From Candidatus Binatia bacterium (lineage in GTDB: Bacteria > Desulfobacterota > Binatia > HRBIN30), in the NCBI GenBank assembly GCA_038245295.1, contig JBBRSP010000032.1, positions 1 through 64,000 on the forward strand: 64,000 nt of DNA, given 5' to 3'. Of the stretch, positions 18,007 to 27,011 are shown piece by piece (the stretch's first letter is position 1; each line of letters opens with the position of its first letter). Below the pieces are notes generated by a model that was not told where the DNA came from, made no database searches, and was given only the letters and a program-made list of their open reading frames with translations. A program made the translations under genes and the position numbers.

Positions 18007-20981
18007 GGCGCCACCCACCCGACGAAGCCATGCAAATCCACGGTGGAGCTCGGGGCCAGGTCAATCGCCTCCCCGAGCAAGGCGCCGTGAATTGCCGCGG
18101 CGCGCCCGACATGAATACGTCGGCTTGCCACGATCGAGCCGGTGACGGCGGACTCCCGCTTCAGTGCAGCCGACTGGTCCACGACGAACAGCACACGCTC
18201 GGGCGATAGGCCCTCGGTGTCGATGCGTGCTGCCGAACCGAGGATGAGACGGCCGTGTACGCGCACGATCACTGTATCGGTGCCGCCATCACCGGCCAAA
18301 GTCAGTCGACTTCCGGGGCCGAGGATGAGGTTGTTCAGGTCGACGACGACTTGTCCGCCACCAAGACTACCGGCAGCCGGGAGGCGGCGGCTAGCGGCGC
18401 GCCCCAGCGTTAGCGTGCCAAGAATGAGATCCGGTCGCGGTGCGAGGCCGGCGAGCTGCGCCAGCCGACGTGTCGCCAATGTCCGCGCCGCGACACACTC
18501 GGAGAGCGCCACGCTGTTGCCGGTTGTATCAACGCGTCCACTGACGCTGGTGGCCTCGATCCCGCTGACACTACCGCCGCCGGTGCTGGCATCGCCGCTG
18601 GTCGAACTGCCATGGCGAAAGGCGACGGCACGGCCGCTGTCGGCCCACGCTGTCAGGTTGCCGTCGACGCGCGCGAAGAGACCGAGCTTCAACTCCTCGA
18701 CACAGATCTCGCCGAGGACGATCGTATCGCTGCCGAGTTTGGTCGTGCGACGCACGTGTGTAGGCAGGGGCCAGCGCAGCAGGGCGTAGTTCGCGGTGAC
18801 GAAGCGGCCGCGACAGGAACCGGCTCCGTTACAGGTATCACCCACGGTCGCGGCATCCAGGTCATCGCAAGGCTTTGTGGAGAATGGGTGTCCACAAGTG
18901 CCCGCCGAGTCGCAAATGTCGTCCGTGCAGTCGTTGCCATCGTTGCAGTCCCGTAAGGCGCCCCGGCACACACCGCCGGCGCAGTTGTCACCGAGCGTGC
19001 AAGCATTGCCGTCGTCGCACGCAGCCGAGTTGTTGCCGCGGGCGCAGCCGCTAGCCGGATTGCAGCTGTCATCGGTGCAGTCGTTGGCGTCATTGCAATC
19101 ACGCGCCGCGCCGCGGCAGGTGCCGTCGCCGCAGGTGTCACCCACGGTGCAGGCATTGCCGTCGTCGCACGCAGCCGAGTTGTTGCCGTGGGCGCAGCCG
19201 CTCGTCGGATTGCAGCCGTCATCGGTGCAGTCGTTGCTGTCATTGCAGTCGCGCGGCGCGCCGCCACAAATGCCGCTGCCGCAGGTGTCACCCAGGGTGC
19301 AAGCGCTGCCGTCGTCGCAGGGCGAGATGTTGTCGGCGTGGAGGCAGCCACTGGCGGGGGCGCAGCTGTCGTCGGTGCAGGTATTGTTGTCGTTGCAGTC
19401 GAGCGCCGCGCCGGTGCAGACTCCGCCGCCGCAGGTATCACCCGAGGTGCAAGCGTTGGCATCGTCACAGGCTGCCGTGTTTGGGCTGAAGACACAGCCG
19501 TTCGGCGCATCACACGAATCGTCGGTGCAGACATTGCCGTCGTCGCAATGGAGCGCCCGTCCGACACAGACTCCGGCGCTGCAAGTATCTTCGATAGTGC
19601 AGGCGTCGCCATCTTCGCAGCCACCGCCGTCCGCCTTGGCCCGAACCGTGCAGCCGCTGGGGACAAGGCATACCGCCTCGCTACACTGCGGGTCGGCGTC
19701 GCCGAGAGGGCAGAGGGTGCCCGGGCCACAGATCGTCACCTGCAGCGCCGTCGAGCCCTCGAAGTGCATGGCGCCGATGGAACCGGTGAGCTGGACGGTC
19801 GCGGCACCTTGCGCCGGCAGTGTGGTGAGCAACTGGGCTGTATCAAATTCGACGCGCAGGTCGGCCACACCGTTGTTGTCATGATCGCCGCTGGTGACGG
19901 TGGCGGAAGCGTGGATGCCATTGGCGGTGATAGTCGATGGGTCGATCTGGTCCGGTGAGTATCCCGGCACTTCGATGTAGGCCGCGACTACCGGCGGCGG
20001 CGTCGCACGTTCGATGGGATCCGGAGCGATCTGGGCCACAGCGGGTGCGACGCTTTCGGGATCGGTGAAGGTGCCGAGACTGAAGACTTCGAGGCGAGCG
20101 TTATTGGCGGCGGCGATGAAGAGGCGATTAGAGGAATCAATCGCCAGACTCACGGGGATCCTCAACTGGCCCGGGGCATCGCCGAAGTCGCCGAGATAAC
20201 TTACGAAGTCGCCGTTACGATCGAGGACCTCGACGCGGCCTTCGACGGAGTCCGCCACGTAGACGCGCCCCTGGGCGTCGAGAGCGATTCCTTGCGGCAT
20301 GTTGAACTTGCCGGCGCTGTTTCCCTGGGCGCCGAAGCAGGACAGGAATGTGCCGTCGGCGGCGAAGGTCTCGACGCGATAGTTGAGTTGGTCGACAACG
20401 AGGACCTGCCGTGTCGCCGCATCTACAGCGACGGCGACGGGGACGTTGAACTGGCCATCGCCGCTGCCTTGTCCTCCGAACGCGAACAGGGGAGCACCAC
20501 CGGCCGCGTAGACTTTGACGCTGTGGGCGGCGCTGTCGACGATGTACAGATTACCGGTAACGGCCTCGATCGCGATGTCGTTCGGCAGCCCGAGCTCGCC
20601 GGCGCCGCGGCCGCATTGAAAGAGCTGCTGCCAGGCGGCGTCGAACGCCGTGACACTGCCCGTGGCGGCATCGCCGACGTAGATTGTGTCATTGCCGGCG
20701 ACGGCAACACTTGTTGGGCGAGCAACGGGCTTGGTCCGCGACAAGACCCGGCCGTTTGCCGCCCGCACGACGATCTCGTTGAGCGCCGAATCGACGATGT
20801 AAAGGTTGCCCGACGGAGTCGCGGCGACACGACTCGGCACGCCAAAAGGGGCTCGATAGGCGCGCAGGTATGACGCCGGTGGTGCCGGCAATGCTGAGGT
20901 GCCGCCACCTCCACACAACCCATGCGCCGTCGAGGAGAGTAGCAGCGCGGGAAGAACGAGAAGTCGTATTGGGAGTGACAT
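18003..20981 (-). CDS. Secreted modular protein: NHL propeller, Cys-rich CDDGNACT repeats, C-terminal beta-helix-like domain
   Basis: Signal peptide; NHL blades; 50-aa Cys repeats; C-terminal RVLFVV/GSIVA/GALLG beta-solenoid-like pattern. Confidence 0.8.
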   Translation of the reverse strand: MSLPIRLLVLPALLLSSTAHGLCGGGGTSALPAPPASYLRAYRAPFGVPSRVAATPSGNLYIVDSALNEIVVRAANGRVLSRTKPVARPTSVAVAGNDTIYVGDAATGSVTAFDAAWQQLFQCGRGAGELGLPNDIAIEAVTGNLYIVDSAAHSVKVYAAGGAPLFAFGGQGSGDGQFNVPVAVAVDAATRQVLVVDQLNYRVETFAADGTFLSCFGAQGNSAGKFNMPQGIALDAQGRVYVADSVEGRVEVLDRNGDFVSYLGDFGDAPGQLRIPVSLAIDSSNRLFIAAANNARLEVFSLGTFTDPESVAPAVAQIAPDPIERATPPPVVAAYIEVPGYSPDQIDPSTITANGIHASATVTSGDHDNNGVADLRVEFDTAQLLTTLPAQGAATVQLTGSIGAMHFEGSTALQVTICGPGTLCPLGDADPQCSEAVCLVPSGCTVRAKADGGGCEDGDACTIEDTCSAGVCVGRALHCDDGNVCTDDSCDAPNGCVFSPNTAACDDANACTSGDTCGGGVCTGAALDCNDNNTCTDDSCAPASGCLHADNISPCDDGSACTLGDTCGSGICGGAPRDCNDSNDCTDDGCNPTSGCAHGNNSAACDDGNACTVGDTCGDGTCRGAARDCNDANDCTDDSCNPASGCARGNNSAACDDGNACTLGDNCAGGVCRGALRDCNDGNDCTDDICDSAGTCGHPFSTKPCDDLDAATVGDTCNGAGSCRGRFVTANYALLRWPLPTHVRRTTKLGSDTIVLGEICVEELKLGLFARVDGNLTAWADSGRAVAFRHGSSTSGDASTGGGSVSGIEATSVSGRVDTTGNSVALSECVAARTLATRRLAQLAGLAPRPDLILGTLTLGRAASRRLPAAGSLGGGQVVVDLNNLILGPGSRLTLAGDGGTDTVIVRVHGRLILGSAARIDTEGLSPERVLFVVDQSAALKRESAVTGSIVASRRIHVGRAAAIHGALLGEAIDLAPSSTVDLHGFVGWVAP
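18860..19620 (-). repeat. Intragenic 150-bp tandem repeat encoding 50-aa Cys-rich units
   Basis: GCATTGCCGTCGTCGCACGCAGCCGAGTTGTTGCCG at 19003 and 19153; degenerate copies at 19303 and 19453. Confidence 0.85.
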
Positions 20982-20995
20982 GGTGCGGCTGTCCG

Positions 20996-22378
20996 TCAGT
21001 GGGCGACCTGTTTGGAGCGGAAGGTGGCGGTGTCATGGCACGTTGCGCATTGTGTTCCCTGCTTGGCGCAGCTGGCCGTGGTGTTGCTGTGGCACGAGAC
21101 ACATTGGCGACCGACCTCGCTGTAGGAGCGCGAGCGGTGGCACTGGCTACAGATCAGGCGCGTGTGAGCGCCGGTGAGAGGGAAAGGGCTGGCGTCGTGA
21201 TCGAACAGCACCTGGCGGCTCCAGCCCCGTTCATCGTGACAGCTCTCACATCGGGTTCCTTGTTGATGATTGTGCACGTCGTCATCGCGGTGGCACGAGT
21301 AACAGGTGGTCGACTGCCGCTCGGCGCGTGGCTCGGCGCGGTGGCAATTCGTGCACGGTGTCTCCTTGTGGCGGCCACGCAGCGCGAAATGTGTGTGGCG
21401 ATCGTGGTCGAAGGTCGGTCGGCGCCAGTCGATGGGTGTGTGACACGACTCGCAGGTGTTGCCGAAATGCCCCTGATGCCTGTCGTCGCGGGCGTGGCAG
21501 CTGACGCAGGTGGCAGAGGTGTGGTCCGCCGCCGTGCCGGGTTTGTGGCAGCTGACACAGGCGGTTGCCGCGTGCCGACCGATCAAGGGGAAGGATGTCT
21601 TGCGCGCGTGGTCGAAGATGGCGCCGGTCCAACCGCGCGTCGTGTGGCACGCCAGGCAGTTGCTGCCGAAGGTTCCCTGGTGGCGGTCGTTCTTAGAATG
21701 ACAGGCAACGCATTCTGTGGGCGTCGGCTTGAAGCGCCGACTCGTATGGCAGCTCTCGCAGCGCAGCGTCTGATGTCGATCCCGCAAGGGGAAGCGAGTT
21801 GCGCTGTGGTCGAACTGTGCCGGCTTCCAGCCGCTCTCGTCGTGGCAACTCGTGCAGGCCATACCGAGTGTGCCGTCGTGCGGATCCTTTGTCTGGTTGT
21901 GGCAGTCGCTACACGCCGAGGGGGCGTCGCGAAAGCGGGTGTCGGCGGGATGGCAACCTTCACAGTCGAGCTTGGTGTGACCTCCGACGAGCGGCATGTC
22001 GGTGAGGCGATGATCAAAGGTGCGGCGTTCGAGATGGATCAGGGTCGCGTCGCGGCCCTTGTGTTCAGCGTGGCAGGATTTGCATTGCTGCGCCTTGACT
22101 GTCGGCTCGTGCCCGTGGAAGCCGCGGCTGGAATCGAGATCGCCGGCGACGTCCGTATGGCACGCCAGGCAGAGACGGTCCTGCGACGCCTTTTCGAAAG
22201 GCTCATGGCATTTGCCGCACGCCTTCTCCGTCGCCGCATGCTTCTCTGTGACTTGTCCAGGCATAACTAGTGATTCAACCCATGTGGCTCGCGCCGGCCC
22301 AGGGACCCAGATCATCAACACAGCGGCCATCACGATCACGCACGCTCTGGATCGGGTCGCCCACAGTCCCCACCGCAT
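20996..22378 (-). CDS. 18-heme periplasmic cytochrome c built from triheme repeats
   Basis: 18 CxxCH; repeated FDHxxTxFPLxGxH...CxxCH...CxxCH...H.G..G..CxxCH units; N-terminal signal. Confidence 0.92.
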   Translation of the reverse strand: MRWGLWATRSRACVIVMAAVLMIWVPGPARATWVESLVMPGQVTEKHAATEKACGKCHEPFEKASQDRLCLACHTDVAGDLDSSRGFHGHEPTVKAQQCKSCHAEHKGRDATLIHLERRTFDHRLTDMPLVGGHTKLDCEGCHPADTRFRDAPSACSDCHNQTKDPHDGTLGMACTSCHDESGWKPAQFDHSATRFPLRDRHQTLRCESCHTSRRFKPTPTECVACHSKNDRHQGTFGSNCLACHTTRGWTGAIFDHARKTSFPLIGRHAATACVSCHKPGTAADHTSATCVSCHARDDRHQGHFGNTCESCHTPIDWRRPTFDHDRHTHFALRGRHKETPCTNCHRAEPRAERQSTTCYSCHRDDDVHNHQQGTRCESCHDERGWSRQVLFDHDASPFPLTGAHTRLICSQCHRSRSYSEVGRQCVSCHSNTTASCAKQGTQCATCHDTATFRSKQVAH

Positions 22379-22381
22379 GGC

Positions 22382-23332
22382 TCAATACATGTTCACCGCG
22401 ATGACGTGCAGGACTCCTGCAAGCACCAACATAATGAACAGCGGAATGTGCAGCGCGTGCCAGAGCGAGAACAGTCGCTCGAAGGCGCCGAACTGCAGAT
22501 CTTTGACAAGGGCGTTCATGTAGTCGCGGATGACCTCGGCGGTTTCCTCCTCGTTCAGGCGAGTACCGCAGCCTTCGGGTTGAGTGCCCCGGGTGGCCGC
22601 CAGCAGATCACGATGCAGGTCGCGTACAATGCGACGCTGCACCCAGGCGGCATAAAACGGCAGGACCAGGATCCGAAATAGACGACTGACGAGACCCGTG
22701 CGTTGGGCTCCGGCACGACGTGCGAACCGTGCCAGGCGCTGTGCGGCGTCGGATGTCGGGGGTAGCCGTTCCTCCAAGGTGTGGGCGGACGAGTCGAGCA
22801 TCGCATCGAGGTCTTTGATGGTGGCGCGTGCGCCGTAGAGGCCGTGGCTGATGCGTGTGTAGATGTAGCGGCCGACGACGCCGCTGGCCGACACGATCAG
22901 CATCGAAAACAATGCGACATTACTGTTGGGCGCCCCCAGGTGGAAGCCACAGTGGAATAGGATCAGCACGGGGCCGATGACCCCGAGCAGCATGTGCGTG
23001 CGGAACCAGTGGCTCAGGGAACCCCAGGAGCGCATGAAGCGTAGCGACTTGCGGGCCGGGTACAGGGCCAGAATAAGCATGGCTGAGGCGCCGGCGATGC
23101 CAAGTCCGTAACCGAGCCCATGTTTTGGTGTGATCCCGAGATGATCCCGGGAACTCCAGCCGAGAGTCACGGTGATCGCGACGACGCCGGTAAACAGGAT
23201 GGCGGAAAGGCTCGGGTTGTGTGCCTTGCGGTGGACCCGCCGCGGTCGCGTCGCCGATTGTGAATCGTCATCACGGGCACGCCCGGTAAGATGGATCGAG
23301 AAGGGGCGAGCAACACTCATCGTCGACTCCAT
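22382..23332 (-). CDS. His-rich integral membrane protein (cytochrome b / ferric-reductase-TM-like)
   Basis: About 5 hydrophobic segments; WFRTHMLLGVIGPVLILFH and LWHALHIPLF...VLHV intramembrane His pairs. Confidence 0.7.
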   Translation of the reverse strand: MESTMSVARPFSIHLTGRARDDDSQSATRPRRVHRKAHNPSLSAILFTGVVAITVTLGWSSRDHLGITPKHGLGYGLGIAGASAMLILALYPARKSLRFMRSWGSLSHWFRTHMLLGVIGPVLILFHCGFHLGAPNSNVALFSMLIVSASGVVGRYIYTRISHGLYGARATIKDLDAMLDSSAHTLEERLPPTSDAAQRLARFARRAGAQRTGLVSRLFRILVLPFYAAWVQRRIVRDLHRDLLAATRGTQPEGCGTRLNEEETAEVIRDYMNALVKDLQFGAFERLFSLWHALHIPLFIMLVLAGVLHVIAVNMY

Positions 23333-23399
23333 TCCCCGTCGCCGGTTCCCTGCATTGGTTTGGACTTCGTCAGCATCATCAAATCCGTGAGTGCGTCAG

Positions 23400-23415
23400 T
23401 GCAAACCTCATGCCC
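23400..23415 (-). promoter_or_regulatory. Candidate sigma54 (-24/-12) promoter for the cytochrome operon
   Basis: Minus strand GGGCATGAGGTTTGCA, exact GG-N10-GC spacing. Confidence 0.65.
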
Positions 23416-23472
23416 TGATTTGAGGGGGCTGTGCGAAGCACGGGAACCTTGCCGAAGTGGCAATTCGGCAAA

Positions 23473-23518
23473 CGCAAGAGTTTGCGGAGCGGCAAGGTTG
23501 TCACTGCAAACGCTTGCA
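23473..23518. promoter_or_regulatory. Paired palindromic upstream activator sites
   Basis: CGCAAGAGTTTGCG (23473) and TGCAAACGCTTGCA (23505), 32 bp apart; same motif pair at 15259/15290. Confidence 0.6.
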
Positions 23519-23570
23519 GTGCAGTGGGTACGTTGCGCAGGCGAGGTCTACATCGTTCTTGTCGGCTGAG

Positions 23571-23586
23571 CGGCATTGCACTTGCA
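23571..23586 (+). promoter_or_regulatory. Candidate sigma54 promoter for the flavoprotein gene
   Basis: CGGCATTGCACTTGCA, exact GG-N10-GC spacing. Confidence 0.6.
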
Positions 23587-23628
23587 TCGTCGGCGGTATG
23601 TGGATGGCCATGGCAGGATGAAGTTGGG

Positions 23629-24972
23629 GTGAGCAGTCAGTTCGAAGCAGCGGTGCGTGCTTTGTGGAGCGAAGAGTTCATTCGCTTCCCAATTTACGCG
23701 ATGACGATGAGCCTGATCTGGGCTGCGTATTGGACCCGTCGCCTGAGGCAGCAGCGGCGCACGGTGCGCATGCTGGAGACGGCGGTCGCGGCTGGTCTGA
23801 GTGATCCGCCATCCCTGCACCCCGTCATCAATGAGGCGCACTGCATCGGTTGCCGGTCGTGCGTTACCGCTTGTCCGGAGGGTGATGTGCTCGGCGTGAT
23901 CGATGGTAAGGCACGTCTGGTCAATCCAAGTCACTGTATCGGTCACGGCGCCTGCAAGCGCGCTTGCCCGATGAACGCCATCGACCTTGTCTTCGGCACG
24001 GAGAGGCGTGGCGTCGACATCCCGTTTGTCAGCAGCGAGTTCGAGACCAATGTTCCCGGGGTGTTCATCGCCGGCGAGCTCGGCGGAATGGGGCTGATCC
24101 GCAATGCCGCCGAGCAGGGCCAGCAGGCAATCACCGCGATTGCCGAGCGTCGTGACAAAAGCGGTGACGCCGAGCTCGACGTGTTGATCGTCGGAGCGGG
24201 ACCGGCCGGAATCGCCGCGTCATTGGCCGCCGCCGAGAAGCGGTTGCGTTATGTGACGATCGAGCAGGAAGTGCGCGGCGGAACCGTGGCGCACTATCCG
24301 CGCGGCAAGATCGTCATGACGGAGCCGGTGAATTTGCCACTGGTCGGCAAGACCCGCCTGCGTGAGACAACCAAGGAAGCCTTGCTCGCCTTCTGGGAAG
24401 CGATCGAGAAGGAACACGGGCTGAGCATTCATTACGCCGAGCGCCTCGAATCGATCATCGCGGAGCGCGACGGGTTTCTTGTGCGTACCTCGAGTGCCGT
24501 CTACCGTGCGCGCGCCGTGTTGCTGGCGATCGGCCGCCGTGGTTCACCGCGCAAGCTTGATGTTCCAGGTGAGGAGGTTGCGAAGGTCGTCTATCGCCTG
24601 ATCGATGCGGCGCAGTATGACGGCAAACACGTACTGGTGGTCGGTGGTGGCGACAGCGCGATCGAGGCGGCTGTCAGCCTGTCCGAGCGACCGGGGACAC
24701 AGGTAACCCTGTCCTACCGCGGCGCGGCGTTCTCGCGCACCCGCGAGAAAAACCGCCAACTGCTTGCGGCGGCCGCCGCCAAACATCGGCTCAGCGTCGT
24801 CCTCGAATCGTCGGTTCGAGAAATTCTGGCCGCCGATGTGATTCTGGAACACCACGGTGCACAGCGCCTTATCCCCAACGACGCGGTGATCGTCTGTGCC
24901 GGCGGCATCCTGCCGACGCAGCTGCTCAAAGACATTGGGGTGCGCGTCGAAACCAAATATGGAACCGCATGA
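23629..24972 (+). CDS. 4Fe-4S dicluster / FAD-dependent NAD(P)H oxidoreductase (thioredoxin-reductase-like fold), N-terminal membrane anchor
   Basis: CIGCRSCVTACP and CIGHGACKRACP; GAGPAG FAD site; GGGDSA and SYR NADPH site. Start uncertain (GTG 23629 or ATG 23701). Confidence 0.85.
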   Translation: MSSQFEAAVRALWSEEFIRFPIYAMTMSLIWAAYWTRRLRQQRRTVRMLETAVAAGLSDPPSLHPVINEAHCIGCRSCVTACPEGDVLGVIDGKARLVNPSHCIGHGACKRACPMNAIDLVFGTERRGVDIPFVSSEFETNVPGVFIAGELGGMGLIRNAAEQGQQAITAIAERRDKSGDAELDVLIVGAGPAGIAASLAAAEKRLRYVTIEQEVRGGTVAHYPRGKIVMTEPVNLPLVGKTRLRETTKEALLAFWEAIEKEHGLSIHYAERLESIIAERDGFLVRTSSAVYRARAVLLAIGRRGSPRKLDVPGEEVAKVVYRLIDAAQYDGKHVLVVGGGDSAIEAAVSLSERPGTQVTLSYRGAAFSRTREKNRQLLAAAAAKHRLSVVLESSVREILAADVILEHHGAQRLIPNDAVIVCAGGILPTQLLKDIGVRVETKYGTA

Positions 24973-25001
24973 CATATGGGACGAATGGGATGGATTGCCC
25001 G

Positions 25002-25907
25002 TTAGGAGGCCAGCAGCCCGGCGCGCCGCAGGACCCCGTCGAGCTTTTCCTCCAGTTGATTGGTGGCGGGGACCATCGGCAAACGATGCTCGTTGCGCGG
25101 CAGCAGGCCGAGTCGCTTCATCATGTATTTCATCGGAATCGGGTTGGTGTCGAAGAACACCGCCTGGTTGAGCTCGAACAATGTGTAGTGGAGAGCCCGC
25201 GCCGCGGCGAGGTTGCCGCTGGCGACGGCATCGTAAAGTTGCACCACCTTCTGCGGCGCCAGGTTGCCGACGGCGTTCATCATGCCGCAGGCGCCGAGCG
25301 CCAGCATTGGGAAGCTCAACTCTTCGAGACCAACGAAGATGCGGAACTCGAAGCCGAGTTTGGTCAGCGCCTGACTGACATACGTCAGATCGTTAGCGGC
25401 GTGTTTCATCCCGACCAGTTGTGGCACCTTCTCGGCGATGCGTTCGAGAGTCTCGACCTCGACGTTCACGCCGGTGCGCCCCGGGATATTGTAGATGAGG
25501 AGCGGCAGCTCGGAGCGTGAGGCGAGATCGACGTAGTAGTCGACGAGGCCGCGTTGCGGTGGGCGAATGTAGTAGGGCGTAACAATGAGCAGCGCATCCG
25601 CACCTACCGCTTCGGCTTGGGTCACCAGATCGAGTGTCTCGTGGTGCGACTGCGCTCCGACGGCGGCGACCACAGGCACGCGTCCGGCGGCCGTGTCGAT
25701 CGCCACCTCGAGGAGCTGGGCGCGTTCGGCAAGTGTCAGTGTGCTCGGCTCGGCGGTGGTACCGCAGACGACGATGCCGTGGGAGCCCTGCTGGATCTGG
25801 CGCTCGACGGTCTCGGCGAACGTGTCGTAGTCGACGTCGCCGTCACGAAACGGCGTGACGAGCGGAGGGTAGGAGCCGCGCAACGCATCTTTGTCGAGGC
25901 CAATCAT
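25002..25907 (-). CDS. DHDPS/NAL-family aldolase (HpaI-like)
   Basis: PLVTPF, CGTTAE, TPYY, IYNIPGRTG, GMKH, TNPIPMK. Confidence 0.85.
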   Translation of the reverse strand: MIGLDKDALRGSYPPLVTPFRDGDVDYDTFAETVERQIQQGSHGIVVCGTTAEPSTLTLAERAQLLEVAIDTAAGRVPVVAAVGAQSHHETLDLVTQAEAVGADALLIVTPYYIRPPQRGLVDYYVDLASRSELPLLIYNIPGRTGVNVEVETLERIAEKVPQLVGMKHAANDLTYVSQALTKLGFEFRIFVGLEELSFPMLALGACGMMNAVGNLAPQKVVQLYDAVASGNLAAARALHYTLFELNQAVFFDTNPIPMKYMMKRLGLLPRNEHRLPMVPATNQLEEKLDGVLRRAGLLAS

Positions 25908-27007
25908 TCGTCTCCCTCCCGTCCCTCCCGATTCGTATAAAACCCCTGCTGCGCCCCAAGCACCGCAAACGGCTTCTTCAGATCTTCCTGCCAGAGCAAT
26001 GACTCCATAGCGATGTTGAGCGGGCTATCCTGGATGGTGAGCTCATAGACCGGCTGGTCGTGCGAGGCGTGATTGTGCACACCCCAACCCGGGGCGGAGA
26101 GCATCAGATCGCCCGCCTTCCACTCATAGATCTTGCCTTCCACCGTGCTGCGCCCGCTGCCGGCAAAGAAGTAGTTGATCGCCGCCGAGGTGTGGCGGTG
26201 TGGGCGGTCGACGATCCCGGGCGGACGAATGGTGATGGTGGCGAAGAAGTTCTGGGTTGTGCCGTTGGTGCGGCCTGTGGCTGGGTTGTACATGAGATAC
26301 AGTCGTCGTCCGATGTACGACTTCCCCAGCGCCTCCAGTTTGTCGAGATGCTCTTTGACGAGTTTCCATGGCCAGTGCAGCGAGCGCGACTCGACAGGTT
26401 GCGGACTGATGAGTTGCTCATACGGCTTCAAGAAGGCGCCATCCGACGTCAGTTGAAAGGTGCCGAACGGACTCTGGCGCCGCGGGTCGGCATCGTTGCC
26501 GTCGCCGATTTCGCCCGCACCGGTCGCTGTTTCCTCCGGCGGATGTTCGTCCACGACGTGGACGTTCATTTTCTCGAGCAGTGGCGCATTGCTGTAGGTC
26601 AGGCGAACTTGCAGCTCGGCACCATCATTGACGACGCTGTAGGTGTGCATCGACGGCGTATTCCACACATCGTAGCGGGAGAATGGAATCCGCCGGCCGC
26701 CGACGCTGGCCGCACCGCTACCGGCAATGCAGAAGTTGACCTGTGTCGAGTTGTGGCGCATCGGCGCCGTCCGTTCGCCCGGATGCAGCACGTCGATACT
26801 GACGCGAATACCCGGCGCCAGGCCGAGACCTGGAGCGGTGGCCCGTGGGTGAACGATCGACGTCGAGCGCCGGCCATTCGCCGGCGGTGCCAAAGCCGCG
26901 AGGCGGGCAATCTCCACGTCGATGGAGGCCTTCGGAATGAGCAGCGCCGGCCACAGGTCGAGGTCGGGGCTGTGTGTGTCGGTGAGATCGATGAACGTTG
27001 CTTCCAT
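25904..27007 (-). CDS. Bicupin, gentisate 1,2-dioxygenase-like ring-cleavage enzyme
   Basis: RPHRHTSAAINY and WGVHNH; N-terminal cupin MRHNS...MHTY. Confidence 0.75.
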   Translation of the reverse strand: MEATFIDLTDTHSPDLDLWPALLIPKASIDVEIARLAALAPPANGRRSTSIVHPRATAPGLGLAPGIRVSIDVLHPGERTAPMRHNSTQVNFCIAGSGAASVGGRRIPFSRYDVWNTPSMHTYSVVNDGAELQVRLTYSNAPLLEKMNVHVVDEHPPEETATGAGEIGDGNDADPRRQSPFGTFQLTSDGAFLKPYEQLISPQPVESRSLHWPWKLVKEHLDKLEALGKSYIGRRLYLMYNPATGRTNGTTQNFFATITIRPPGIVDRPHRHTSAAINYFFAGSGRSTVEGKIYEWKAGDLMLSAPGWGVHNHASHDQPVYELTIQDSPLNIAMESLLWQEDLKKPFAVLGAQQGFYTNREGREGDE

Positions 27008-27011
27008 ACTC

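Noticed and set aside
18860..19620. Periodic repeat considered as a CRISPR array
   Set aside because: 150-bp in-frame coding repeats with no unique spacers and no cas genes.
23431..23628. N-terminal extension of the flavoprotein ORF
   Set aside because: Overlaps the palindromes and sigma54 candidate; sequence is not protein-like.
25002..25907. Calling this the lysine-pathway dapA
   Set aside because: GTTAE/GMKH variants and the catabolic context favour an HpaI-like aldolase.
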